Assembly: GCF_006345805.1 (NCBI RefSeq)
Contig: NC_042997.1
Coordinates: forward strand, 16,058,001-16,122,000
Reading direction: 5' to 3'
From: Octopus sinensis
Taxonomy: Eukaryota
DNA: 64,000 nucleotides
The notes beneath the pieces were generated by a model. It had not been told where the DNA came from and searched no databases. It saw nothing but the letters and a program-made list of their open reading frames with translations. Position 1 is the first letter of the stretch. Every line of letters starts with the position of its first letter. Of the stretch, positions 11,927 to 25,631 are shown piece by piece. The position numbers and the translations under genes are program-made.

Positions 11927-13900
11927 TAAAGGAATTTTGTTAATTCGTCGCTCAGCTCCATTCTTTCATATATGTATGTATGTATGTATATATATATATA
12001 TATATATACACACATAAAAAAAAATTTATGTATACATATGATATTCCTGATTGAGGCAGGTGGCGTATGGCTTCAGGAAAATTTGGCTACTACGACTAGC
12101 AAGACACACGCGCGCAGAGGTCTACGTTTGTTGGCTCGAAATAAATCTTGACGTTGTGTCTGTAGTCGTAGATATTTCGTAGTTGGAGAATTACAATGAA
12201 AGGCCTCCTAGAAAAGACAATCCTGTTGTTTGTGTATTATTATATTGTTCAGCTTAGCTTTATTCCAGGATGTACTTTGTAGACACATTATGAGTATACA
12301 CACCAGGATGCAGGCTAATATGTTTCCTGTTCGAGTTCTGAGATAATTAATTGGCCATATTTTATTGCATTTTCGAAGAAATTCAAAAGAATAGACATAA
12401 AAATTTGAGAAAACTTCTACATCCACAGTGACTAAAACGGAATTGGTCCCAAACATAAACAATGAAGTGCTAGTTTGGATGTCGTAGTGTATATTTCTGA
12501 TGGTATATATTGATTGCTAACTTGAGATTTTAGTAAACTCATTGAGTATTTCAATATTTTTGAGACGAATTATTAAGAGATTAGAACCCAGATGATCGCA
12601 AATGTGTTGACAGAATAGAAGGAAATCCGTTTTGAATAAATGCAGAATTCAAGGTGACAGAAGCAAAGTAGATAATTGTCACTTACTGACGATGGTATTC
12701 AATCATACAACGAAGATTATATAATCGCAACGTGGAAGCAAGGAAATAAACAAGCAGATGCCGGATATAAAAAATTAGAGCTATCTTATTTACTTCAGTG
12801 TTATCACAAACGGTCGTCAACGTGTTTACCTTCTTATGAAACATGATGTCACAATAAAATAACCATTTAATGCAATTCCCACGTTTAGGATTTCATCGTA
12901 TAAGGAAGTAGTTTGAAGTGCAATGTATACAGCAATAATATTAACTACTAAGAATGCAGAAATCATACTAATAATCATAACACGATCCAACAGGGGAGTC
13001 TATAAGCTGTCGTTCGACCTGATAGAAAAAGCAACCAAAACTCTCTTCAATCATATGCTTCCGTCTTGAAGAAAAAAGTAAATGCTGGACATAATGGCGG
13101 TGCCCCAGCATGGCCACAGCTCATTAGCTGAAACTGGAAAAATCAAAATCAAAATATACTTTTGGGTTGTCTGCACATAAAAGAGACGGGACGATCACGT
13201 CTGGGATATCTTTGATCACAAATCTGCTCGATCAGGGGTGACCTGAGGTCAAACAACAACAACAGCAGCAGCAGCAGCAGCACCAGGAACAACAGCAACA
13301 ACAACGACGACAATTGCGGATCATACACCAAACAGTTTTTCTTGAGATATGGAACGACAAAGGAACATTCTCTTGAAAGATAGTTATCCAGAAGATGTAA
13401 AAGTCACTTTGGATTATTGCCTAAATCCATAAATCCGCTTCTAACTAGTTTGCTTCGCGTTCTTTTTGCTATTGTTTAATTGTTTAATCCCATCCTGTTT
13501 TGGTTAAGGATCCCGGACATTACCCACTACATCATATTTTGTAAGACAAGAAGTTGTATAGTTTGAGGGACAATTAGCTGCTCTTTCTAACATTTCGTGT
13601 CACCACGTAGAGACTTCCTCACTTATATGGAAACTCCTTCATATATTTGGTGCATTAAATCTACCGTTGAATCACGGAGTGGATAATACCCAAGGTACTG
13701 CATATTGAGATTGAACCCGAAATCGTTCGGTGGCGAAGCGAACTTCATTATCTACAACCATGTTTTGCATAACTGTCACCACTAATCTCAGAAAAGTTAC
13801 ACTTCACACAGGCGACAATTCTAGGCTAATCGACCAGCGACTTTACCAAAATGTGTAAAACGTTCCAGAAATTTGACATATATTTTATATGCCACTATAT

Positions 13901-14295
13901 AGGCGCAGGCGCGGCTGCGTGGTAAGAAGCTTGCTTTCCAACCACATGGTTTTGGGTTCAGTCTCATTAAGTGGCACCTTGGGCAAGTGTCCTCTATTAT
14001 AGCCTCAAGCTGACCAAAGCCATGCGAGTGAATTTGGTAGACGGAAACTGAAAGAAGCCCGTTATATATGTGTGTGTGTCTTTGTATCTGTGTTTGCACC
14101 CCCACCGCTTTACAACCAGTGTAGATGTGTTTACATCCCCATAACGTAGCGGTTCGGCAAAAGAGATCGATAGAATAAGTACCACGCTTAAAAGGTAAGT
14201 CCTGCAGTCATTTCGTTCGACTAAAAGTCTTCAATCTTGTGCCCCAGCATGGCCGCAGTCTAATGATTGAAACATGTAGAATGTAAAAGATAAAA
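13901..14295 (+). mobile_element. SINE family A
   Basis: Homology to 10424-10837. Confidence 0.88.
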
Positions 14296-14567
14296 TCTCT
14301 CTATATATAAACGCCGGGCGATACTGCTAGTATATAATATACGCAATATATTGGAGTGATCAAGTATGAAGACACTTGGACACTCTATCATTGATTGAGT
14401 CTTTGATAAAAATAATCAGAAAGTCAATTTTTATATTACAAGTCGAGTGAGACATGTGGAGACTGTAAGAAGTCACTCGATCTGTTAGATGTAGCAACCA
14501 AATGTTCTTTAATTTTAGCTTGAACCAGGAAGGACACACTGAATAACAGGTATATAATATATAATTA

Positions 14568-14800
14568 AGGCGGCAAGCTGGCAGAAACGTTAGCACGCCG
14601 GGCGAAATGCTTAGCGGTATTTCGTCTGCCGTTACGTTCTGAGTTCAAATTCCGCCGAGATCGACTTTGCCTTTCATCCTTTCGAGGTCGATAAATTAAG
14701 TACCAGTTACGCACTGGGGTCGATATAATCGACTTAAAATGTTTGTCTGTCCTTGTTCGTCCCCTCTGTGTTTTGCCCCTTGTGGGTAGTAAAGAAATAG
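14568..14800 (+). mobile_element. SINE family B monomer
   Basis: Head ggcggcaagctggcagaaacgttagc, B-box gagttcaaattcc; aggtatataatat duplicated at 14548-14560 and 14799-14811. Confidence 0.9.
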
Positions 14801-15345
14801 GTATATAATATCTGAAAATAAAACAAAACAAAAATCATCTTTGATAAAGGGTCATCTCGACCCGGGAAGATGTGAACAACAAAAGCCACAACCACGTGAC
14901 ACTTGGGTTGCCTTTAGCAGATTTAACTTCCTTGCAAGCATATTTCTGAAGGCATTGACCTAAGAACGTTCAGGGTAAGCATCAACCATATCAATCTCAC
15001 CGGCTTGGGAGGGCCGGCACAAGTCATAGCTGCTGTCCTCTCATGTTTATGTGGATTTGTGAGCGCGTAGAAATACATGCACTCACGAATAGCACAATCT
15101 TACATACGTACATGCATATATACATACATACTTGCACGTATACATGTATTTATGCGTCTTATTTGTGCTTATATGTTTGTGTATGTGGTGTATGAGTGTG
15201 TTCATATTTATGTGCGTATATGTTAGTCTAATCAGAAGCAATGTTTCCTATTACACGTTTATATGAAGAGTCATGTTGAAACACGTCTACACTCATGTAA
15301 ATACATACATACATACAAGTACGTAAGTAGGTGTGTATGTGTATT

Positions 15346-15588
15346 TTTTTACTCTTTTACTTGTTTCAGTCATTTGACTGCGGCCATGCTGGAGCACCGC
15401 CTTTAGTCGAACAAATCCAAAGAGCTTGTTCTTTGTAAGCCTAGTACTTATTCTATCGGTTCTTTTGCCGAACCGCTAAGTTACGGGGACGTAAACGCAC
15501 CGGCATCAGTTGTCAAACGATGGTGAAGGAACAAATACAGAAACACAAAAATACACACATACACACACACATATACATATACACACAT

Positions 15589-15615
<27 letters not shown>
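15346..15615 (-). mobile_element. SINE family A, 3' half
   Basis: Reverse complement of the family A tail. Confidence 0.85.
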
Positions 15616-15619
<4 letters not shown>

Positions 15620-16100
15620 AATAGTGAGAATTTACAAAAAAACAAAAGACGAAGTCGGGTGTGTAAACAACTAACAGATGTATTAGTTTAACGCTCGGGA
15701 AGTGAGAAAGTTTTTTTTACGTTTCGAGCCTACGCTCTTCGACAGAAAGGAACACAGACAGAAACAAGTAGTGAAAATAGAACAAGTGCGGATTGAGAGA
15801 AACGACAGTAGGAAAAGACAGAAAGTACAAAAAAGTTTTTAAATGTTCAAAGGATTCAAACGTCGTGCTGTACTGGAGCGATTTCTCATCAAGGGGAAGA
15901 GTCCAGTGTAATCCATGGGTAGGACAGGTGCAGCCGAAGTGTAGGAGTCCGAGTGTAGAAGAGTAGAAGAAAGTACAGGTGGAGAATCCATGTAGAATAG
16001 TCCAAGAAAAGTTCGAAGTGTTACGAGGCAGAGACAGGATAAAACTGTCCCTCTCTCCATCTTTCTCTTTCCGGCTCTCTCGTTGCTCACACGTGACCAT
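15620..16100 (-). mobile_element. Internally deleted Penelope-like element (H1-type end plus possible RT remnant)
   Basis: HHR-like CUGUCGA motif at 15713-15750. Weak resemblance of LPMDYTGLFP to the PLE RT xDVxSLY motif (low certainty). Confidence 0.55.
15713..15750 (-). ncRNA. Hammerhead-like motif, A6U variant
   Basis: CCUUU-CUGUCGA-A-GAGC(GUAG)GCUC-GAAAC-GUA-AAAAA. Confidence 0.6.
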
Positions 16101-16199
16101 CGTCCATCTTTCTTTTCCTCACGTGACCATCCTTCTTTCCTGCACGGACGTTCTAAGGACTGGACGTGTCCTATCTCTCTCTTCTATCTTTTCTCCTTT

Positions 16200-16592
16200 C
16201 AAAGAAAATATCTCTCAGCGTTCACTATTTCCCCTCGTTCAGGTCTAACGACCCTCCATGTTACTTTTCGTTTGCTTTCCCTGTATGTTTCCACTGTCCT
16301 GTTTTTGTTCCTAACATTGACCCTTAATAAACCCCAAATTTTATTTCGGTATTTATGGGAGGAACTGCCATTGAATGCTTGAAATGAGGAGTAGATAGAG
16401 AGCTGACAACTGATGAAGGGTCCTTTCTTCGAAGACTCATATTGTCGTTGATTGCTCGAAATGGGGAGCAGATAGACAGCCGACAACTGATGAAGGATCA
16501 TTCTTTGTATTACTTGTCCCTTTTTTTCGCGTATTTAACTCATTTGTTTTCGTATCTCATGTTGTTTACTGTTGGTGACGTATTATACGCAT

Positions 16593-16595
<3 letters not shown>
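16200..16595 (+). mobile_element. PLE-type end (family T) with a degenerate HHR followed by a second CUGAUGA half
   Basis: GACAA-CUGAUGA-A-GGG..CUUC-GAAG-ACUC-AUA-UUGUC at 16405-16446; gacaactgatgaagg repeated at about 16485. Confidence 0.5.
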
Positions 16596-16784
<189 letters not shown>

Positions 16785-17098
16785 CATAAGGGACTAAAGC
16801 CATCTGAATATGGCTAGGGACAGGGCAGGGTGGTGGGGGTGTTACTGTTGCATCTAGCCCCAGGCGAACATCAACGTCGCCAGATAGGCTTGACACCATC
16901 ACGGTGTCCTTTATCCTGCAAAGGGAGATAATTCCCCGATGAAGCGGAAACCACACACGGACCTAGGTTTCAAGGTGTATTGCCTATCATCAACGTGTGG
17001 TAGGCCCCCGCTTCCTCGACGAACAACCCACTCTGCAGGATATTTATATATAGATTTTCAAGCAAAATACATTTGCTGATTTCGACAATCTGTTCGAC

Positions 17099-17432
17099 AG
17101 CAATAATAATTCTCTAAATGAGATATAGACAGTAACTGCTCCATAACATAAGGGACTAAAGCCATCTGAATATGGCTAGGGACAGGGCAGGGTGGTGGGG
17201 GTGTTACTGTTGCATTTAGCCCCAGGCGAACATCAACGTCGCCAGATAGGCTTGACACCATCACGGTGTCCTTTATCCTGCCTATCTGGTGACGTTGATG
17301 TTCGCCTGGGGCTAGATGCAACAGTAACACCCCCACCACCCTGCCCTGTCCCTAGCCATATTCAGATGGCTTTAGTCCCTTATGTTATGGAGCAGTTACT
17401 GTCTATATCTCATTTAGAGAATTATTATTGCT
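17099..17432. repeat. 153-bp near-perfect inverted repeat with 28-nt spacer; a third direct copy of the arm starts at 16783
   Basis: Arms 17099-17251 and 17280-17432 with 2 mismatches. Confidence 0.95.
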
Positions 17433-17544
17433 ATATATATATATATATATAAGTTGGAGAAAATCTGCATAAAACATACCCGCATACACATACAGTAACT
17501 ATCAATGCACTCAGTTAAGCGCCATCTAGATACCAAATGTATAT

Positions 17545-17725
17545 AGGCGCAGACGTGACTATGTGGTAAGCAGTTTGCTTACCCACCACATGGTTCTGGG
17601 TTCAGTCCCACTGCGTGGCACCTTCGGCAAGTGTCTTCTACTATAGCCCCGGGCCGACCAGAGTCTTGTGAGTGGATTTGGTAGATGGAAACTGAAAAAG
17701 CCCGTCGCATATATGCGTGTGTGCA

Positions 17726-17767
<42 letters not shown>

Positions 17768-17973
17768 CGTGCGCGTGTGTATTTGTGTTTGTCCTCCCAC
17801 CATCACTAGATAACTGATGTTGGTGTTTACTTCCCCGTAACTTAGTGGTTCGGCAAGAGAATCCGATAGTATAAGTACTAGGCTTACAAAGAATAAGTTC
17901 TGGGGTCGATTTGTTCGTCTAAAGGCGGTGCTCCAGCATAGCCGCTGTCAAATGACTGAAACAAATAAAAGAA
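17545..17973 (+). mobile_element. SINE family A
   Basis: Homology to other copies. Confidence 0.88.
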
Positions 17974-18287
17974 TACATACATACACGCATGCATACATAC
18001 ATACATACATACATACATACATACATACGTACATACATACATACATACATACATATGTGCATGCATACATACATACATACATACATACATACATACATGT
18101 GCATGCATACATACATACATACATACATACACGCATGCATACATACATACATACATGCATACATACATGCATACATACATACATACATACATATGTGCAT
18201 GCATACATACATACATACATACATACACGCATGCATACATACATACATACATACATACATACATGCATGCATACATACATACATGCA

Positions 18288-18318
<31 letters not shown>

Positions 18319-18945
18319 GTGCATGCATACATACATACATACATACACGCATGCATACATACATACATACATACATACATACATACATACATACATGCAT
18401 GCATACATACATACATGCATACATACATACATACATACATACATACATACAATACATACATATGTGCATGCATACATACATACATACATACATACATGCA
18501 TGCATACATACATACATACATACATACATACACGCATGCATACATACATACACGCACGCATGCATACATACATACATACATACATACATACATGCATGCA
18601 TGCATACATACATACATACATACATAAATACATACACGTATGCATACATACATACATACATACATACATACATACACGCATGCATACATACATACATACA
18701 CGCACGCATACATACATACATACATACACGCATGCATACATACATACATACATACATACATACACGCATGCATACATACATACATACATACATACATACA
18801 CGCATGCATACATACATACATACATACATACATACATACACGCATGCATACATACATACATACATACATACATACACGCATGCATACATACATACATACA
18901 TACATACATACATACACGCATGCATACTTGCATACATAAATACAT
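17974..18945. repeat. ~1-kb (CATA)n microsatellite with CATG/CACG variants
   Basis: Direct reading. Confidence 0.95.
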
Positions 18946-19644
18946 ACATGCAGACTTACACGCGTACACACACGCACACATACATTTATACATGCAAACA
19001 TATACATAGATATGCATACATAATTACGCATATATGTACCAAGGAGACATACATCAGAAGCACCCATAACACATACACACGCACACACTCTCTCCCCCTT
19101 TCTCTCCCCGTCCGCTCTCCCTCTTACTCACACAGACACACACAAACACACACATTAATACACGTGCTCATCCATCCACACGTTGCAAAATACTTAAACA
19201 CATTATAAAACCTATCTGTAACATACGCTTTTGTATGTCTGTGTCTGTGTCTGGCTATGTCACCGCGCACACGTGTTGTCGGGTGTATGTATATTTGTGA
19301 CTATATGCATATATACACGTGTGTACGCGGGTGCGTGTTTGTGCTTATGCATGTGTGTTAAATGTGTTTGAGTGTGAAAACAAACAAAAAAAAATGATAA
19401 ATATACAAATGGCGGTGCCCCAGCATGGCCACAGCTCATAAGCTGAAACTAGAATCAATCAATCAATCAATCAAATCTAAATCGACAAAGCACTAACAAA
19501 ATGCGGCTATAAAGTTACACGTATGTAAAACAGTATACACAAAAATATATTGCAAAAAGGAATAAGGCAAAAAAGATATTATAGAGAGAAGAGAGAAGAG
19601 GAAAAACAGTGAATGACAAGGAAAAACTTAACAAGTGAAAGAGA

Positions 19645-19887
19645 GAGAGAGGAGAGAGAGAGAGGGGGAGTGAATGAGAGTGGGTGAAAGATATTAAGAG
19701 GGAGTGAAAAAGGGTGGATGAGACAAAGAGTAGGGAAGTGAGAATGAAGGAGAGATTGTGAGAGTCAGTGGGAGAGAGAGAGAGGGGGAGTGAATGAGAG
19801 AGGGTGAAAGATATTAAGAGGGAGTGAAAAAGGGTGGATGAGACAAAGAGTAGGGAAGTGAGAATGAAGGAGAGATTGTGAGAGTCG

Positions 19888-19925
<38 letters not shown>
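19645..19925. repeat. Two tandem ~116-bp purine-rich units flanked by (GA)n
   Basis: gagtgaatgagag..gagattgtgagagtc occurs twice. Confidence 0.85.
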
Positions 19926-19926
<1 letters not shown>

Positions 19927-20035
19927 GCAAGGAAAGAAGGAAAGACTAAAAGGTCGTTTCTTTTAAGTATTTTCTCAAGGCTATTTATAAACCCACATGA
20001 CAGGGTGTGGTTTGGAAATGCTACCCGGTTTTACG

Positions 20036-20128
<93 letters not shown>

Positions 20129-20368
20129 GATATTGATGCATACTTTCGGAGACACACATATACAGGCAGACAATCATACACGCATACGCATATATATATA
20201 TGTACGTGCATGCATATATACATATGTACACAGATGCATGTATATATGTGTATATATGCATACATATATATATATGTATACGTGTGTGTGCACATATATA
20301 TATGTACAGACATGCACACACACACACACACACACAAACACACATACATACATACATACATACATACA

Positions 20369-20404
<36 letters not shown>

Positions 20405-20661
20405 TATATTATATATATATCTATATATATATATATATAATATATATATATATATATGCATACATGTATATACACACAGACTCACATACGCACGAGTAAG
20501 CACATAAATGCTAAGCAAGGTGGAAAAATAGTACTCGAATACCGAAGGTAGATTAATATGCTTTTTTTTTTGTTAAAGCCATCGCAACTGTCCGACGAAC
20601 AAAAACGTGGAACTCTGAGCAACAGTTCTGTGCTGTCTTTGCAGCTTCAATAAATAGTGTG

Positions 20662-20692
<31 letters not shown>

Positions 20693-20704
20693 TGTGTGTG
20701 TGTG

Positions 20705-20735
<31 letters not shown>

Positions 20736-20828
20736 GTGTGTGTAATTTATATAATTGTTAAAGAGGACAACAAACTTTAAGGCAAGGCAAACATTTCAAG
20801 TCATATAATTCCCTATTTTTCCTTATTT

Positions 20829-20867
20829 GTCTCTGATGATGGAATATCCCAGAAACAGCTATAAGAC
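20829..20867 (+). ncRNA. Minimal hammerhead motif with stem III mismatch
   Basis: GUCU-CUGAUGA-UGG(AAUAUC)CCA-GAAAC-AGCU-AUA-AGAC; the expected GUA reads AUA. Confidence 0.6.
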
Positions 20868-20880
20868 TTGGAATTTTTTC

Positions 20881-21287
20881 TAGGCTGTGTGTTAAGTAGC
20901 TTGCTAACCAACCACATGGTTCCGGGTTCAGTCCCACTGTGTGGCATCTTGAGCAAGTGTCTTCTGCTATAGCCCCGGGCCGACCAATGCCTTGTGAGTG
21001 GATTTGGTAGACAGAAACTGAAAGAAGCCTGTCGTATATATGTATATATATATATATGTGTGTGTTTGTGTGTCTGTGTTTGTCCCCCTAGCATTGCTTG
21101 ACAACCGATGCTGGTGTGTTTACGTCCCCGTCACGTAGCGGTTCGGCAAAAAGAGCCCGATAGAATAAGTACTGGGCTTACAAAGAATAAGTCCCGGGGT
21201 CGATTTGACTAAAGGCGGTGCTCCAGCATGGCCGCAGTCAAATGACTGAAACAAGTAAAAGACTAAGAGAGTAAAGAGTAAAGAGTA
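20881..21287 (+). mobile_element. SINE family A (head slightly truncated)
   Basis: Homology to other copies. Confidence 0.9.
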
Positions 21288-22111
21288 TATGACTTGAGAT
21301 ATTTTCCTTGCCATAACGTTTGTTGTCCTCTTTAACAATTATATATCCGCCGCATCGGAAATCTGCAATGGCTCTATGACTACCGTCTCGGCTATAACCT
21401 TTATCATCAACGGTTACAGGCTAACGGATATGACTATGAAACGGAAGTCAACTTTTTACAGATCATATTCCCCAAAATCCGTGATATCCGTAGACGTAGA
21501 ACTAATAGAATTATTGACAAGAAGGATGGAGTGAGTAAATTGTTACGTCACATAAATTTACAATTGTTACTACACCAGTATTCGAACTCAAGATTCTTGC
21601 TACATTATTATATAATATACGCAACTATAGACACATTGTACATCATTACATCGATACAATCGAACGCCAGCTCATTAGAATCCTGTATATGATAATTTCT
21701 ACTGCAGACACAAAGTCTGAAATACTGGGGTGAATGCCCAGTCGATTACATCGAACCAAGCGCTTGAATGGAACTTATCTTATCGACCACGACAGGATGA
21801 AAGATGAAGTCAACCTCAGAAGAATTTTAACTCAAGCCGCAAAGTAAAAGTGGTGAGTGGTATTTCCTTCGTCTAGCCTGCTGCCTTAAAATCCTGTATA
21901 TAAACATTTAGAAATGTATGACAAATATTATATGATAATATAGCCATACTCTCGAATTTGCATGGCGGTGAAACGATTGTAAATTTTATGTAATAAAACA
22001 ATTTGCTTACTCCACTTTCTTTGTTTGTATACATACATACATACATACAAACATACATACATACATACATACATACATAAATGCATATATATATATATTA
22101 TTCATATTATA

Positions 22112-22183
<72 letters not shown>

Positions 22184-22239
22184 CAAGATAAGAAAATGGA
22201 GAAATACATCTAAATCAAACATCAATTACCAGATAATAC

Positions 22240-22500
22240 TCAATCACATACTTTATTAGACCACCACATAAGAGACTGTAGGGTTAAATATAAAAAGCAG
22301 AACAAATCAGTGTACATAAAGGAATGTACATAAAAAAGTGTATATAAAAGAGTAATGTTGTATAATAATTAGAGTATATATAAAAAAGAATATAAATACA
22401 AGTAAATATAAATATAAGTATAAATTAGATCTTACAGCTGTTTCGGCCATGTCGATAATTATGTCTCATTTTACCAATATTAGCCCATGCCTTCGATACG
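22240..22500 (-). mobile_element. PLE-type end carrying the 3' half of the 48-kb-type HHR
   Basis: Minus strand GGCC-GAAAC-AGCU-GUA-AGAU at 22429-22448 plus aatgagaca, as in 48035-48161. Confidence 0.6.
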
Positions 22501-22681
22501 TGGAGTAGGTGAAACATGAACAACTGAAGAAGGGGAATGTTCTTTATTGTTGTACGTCTCGTTTCTCTGTTTGTTTGTTTTTTGATGTCCTGTGCCCATG
22601 TGTGTGCGTGTATATATGCATATATATGTAGGTATGTACATATATGTATGTATACATGCATATATTTATATATTATATTAA

Positions 22682-22754
<73 letters not shown>

Positions 22755-23098
22755 CATACATACATATATACTACATACATACATATATTTTTTCTTTGTT
22801 CCTCTCTTCCTATTTTCGATTTGACCTTACAAATACATTCCCTACTTTTAGGTCACTTTAAATAAAACCCTCGCTTCAATAGCACTGTGTACAAGCTCTA
22901 TACTTGGAATGACCAATTTTAAATACTATTGGAATTTACTCACAAGGTATTGTAATCTTACGTGTATACCACTCTGCCTAAATAATGGATCTACAAATGC
23001 TATATCCCTGCATATCTCACATCTATTTTGATTCCTCCACTACACTCTCTATTTCGTTCTTATCTAAATTAGCTATCGCTTAACCATTTTCTCACACC

Positions 23099-23146
23099 GT
23101 CCCCGATGAAGGGATACAATAAATATCCTGGAAACAGCTGTAAGAC
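23099..23146 (+). ncRNA. Degenerate hammerhead motif (U4C, stem I mismatch)
   Basis: GUCC-CCGAUGA-AGGGAUA(CAAUAAA)UAUCCUG-GAAAC-AGCU-GUA-AGAC. Confidence 0.5.
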
Positions 23147-23219
23147 CCTCTATTTATAAATGTTCTAAAATCTTCACAGCCTTGGCATTTTATCTCATTC
23201 TGAAAAAAATTCTTTATAT

Positions 23220-23625
23220 AGGAGTGGCTGTGTGGTAAGTAGCTTGCTAACCAACCACATGGTTCCTGGTTCCGGGTTCAGTCCCACTGCGTGGCATCTT
23301 GGGCAAGTGTCTTCTGCTATAGCCGACCAATGCTTTGTGAGTGGATTTGGTAGACGGAAACTGAAGGAAGCCTGTCGTATATATGTATATATATATGTAT
23401 GTGTGTGTATGTGTTTGTGTGTCTGTGTTTGTCCCTCCAACATCGCTTGACAACCGATGCTGGTGTGTTTACGTCCCTGTCACGTAGCGGTTCGGCAAAA
23501 AGAGACCGATAGAATAAGTACTGGGCTTACAAAGAATAAGTCCTGGGGTCGATTTGCTCGACTAAAGGCGGTGCTCCAGCATGGCCGCAGTCAAATGACT
23601 GAAACAAGTAAAAGAGTAAAGAGTA
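23220..23625 (+). mobile_element. SINE family A
   Basis: Homology to other copies. Confidence 0.9.
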
Positions 23626-23799
23626 TATAAATGTTTGTGTGTTTTTCTCAGTGTTTACAAATAACATGGAAAAAAATGAATAAACAGTTACCAGGGTAGC
23701 AAAAATTCACACAAGTAACAAGGATGTAACAACCTATTTATAAAGGTAGAAACTCCTGGTTAAGGTGAAATGTTTTGTATAATATAGATAGAAAAATAA

Positions 23800-23955
23800 A
23801 TGGAGTCAAACGCCAGTATTATTCAAATTCTTTTACTTCCGACATATGTTTCGAAGACAATATCGGTATTATTCCTTCTGGAATTATACCAATGTTGTCT
23901 TCGAAACATATGTCGGAAGTAAAAGAATTTGAATAACACCTTCGTTTAACTCCAT
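23800..23955. repeat. Fold-back inverted repeat built from an HHR 3' half
   Basis: ttcaaattcttttacttccgacatatgtttcgaagacaa pairs perfectly with ttgtcttcgaaacatatgtcggaagtaaaagaatttgaa; looser pairing extends to about 60 bp. Confidence 0.9.
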
Positions 23956-23957
23956 GG

Positions 23958-24024
<67 letters not shown>

Positions 24025-24061
24025 GTGTGTTTGTATGTATGTATATGTATATATTTATTTA

Positions 24062-24100
<39 letters not shown>

Positions 24101-24245
24101 TTATATAGATATATATATATATATGTATATGCTTATATATGTATTATATATATATGTAAATATATATGTGTGTGTGTGGTGTATACATATATACATAAAT
24201 ACTATACAGAGAGTGAGAAACAGAAGCAGAGAGACAGACAGAAGG

Positions 24246-24283
<38 letters not shown>

Positions 24284-24349
24284 GATACACACGCACACAC
24301 GACGCACAAGCATATAGGCATGCATGCTTACGCACATACACATTCGTAC

Positions 24350-24353
24350 TCAC

Positions 24354-24384
<31 letters not shown>

Positions 24385-24630
24385 CATACATACATACATA
24401 CATACATACATACATGTATACATACATACATACATACATACATACATACATACATGTATACATACATACATACATACATACATACATACATACATACATA
24501 CATACATACATACATACATGTATACATACATACATACATACATACATACATACATACATACATACATGTATACATACATACATACATACATACATACATA
24601 CATACATACATACATACATACATACATAGG
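24350..24630. repeat. (CATA)n microsatellite
   Basis: Direct reading. Confidence 0.95.
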
Positions 24631-25148
24631 TACACACAAATATACGTACGTACATACATAAAATCATTCAGTTTGGGTAGCCATGCTTGTCCTGTGACCC
24701 TATTCATTGAATCAGCAAAGAATGATGTCTCCAACAAACGCCACAAGTTGTTAAATAACTGTTTATTCCTCGAATATCGTTTATTGAAGAATTCTTTTAT
24801 CCAAAGTCACGGTGACGTTTGTCAGAAACTTGAATTCACCGAACCGAGATTTACAACAAACAATGTGGTTAACCACGACAACCTGCGAAACCGGCGAATA
24901 AGTGAAGAGAAACATCGTCTAAAGATGTAAACAGAGTTTTTTATTAGAAAAGAAACCGGAACTATAAATCATATTTTTCTCAGAGTTATAAACCCAATAA
25001 TGGCTCGTTAAATTCCTATAAAATTGCGCAAAAAGGTTCTTCTGCATCATCTCACTCTTTCTATCTCTATTTCTTTCTTTCTTTCTCTCTCTCTCTCTCT
25101 CTCTCTCTCCCTCTCCCTCTCTTGTATACACATATATATGTATATAAA

Positions 25149-25240
<92 letters not shown>

Positions 25241-25371
25241 AATATATATATAGATAGATAGATAGATAGATAGATATTGTACACTCACGTGGTCATATAT
25301 ATATATATATTTTAATTGTTCCACCTCTTGCGTTGTTGTTTTTTTTTTGTTTCTTGTGGATTAACCTTATT

Positions 25372-25432
<61 letters not shown>

Positions 25433-25631
25433 ACACTCCACGTGGTCACCACCAGTTTTATCTTGTTTTGTGTACTTATGGATTTCACTGGACACGTTTG
25501 TTGATAAAAAAAACTGCTCCAATAAACCACGATTTTTTAACCTTTTTGAACACTTTAGAATTTTCTGTTTTTTTCTAAAATCGACAAGTTTCTTTTTATT
25601 CTCTGTCTGTTTATTTCCTCATATTCCTTTC

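Noticed and set aside
16925-16960. ccgatgaagcggaaac as a hammerhead
   Set aside because: No stem II can form and no NUH triplet pairs with stem III.
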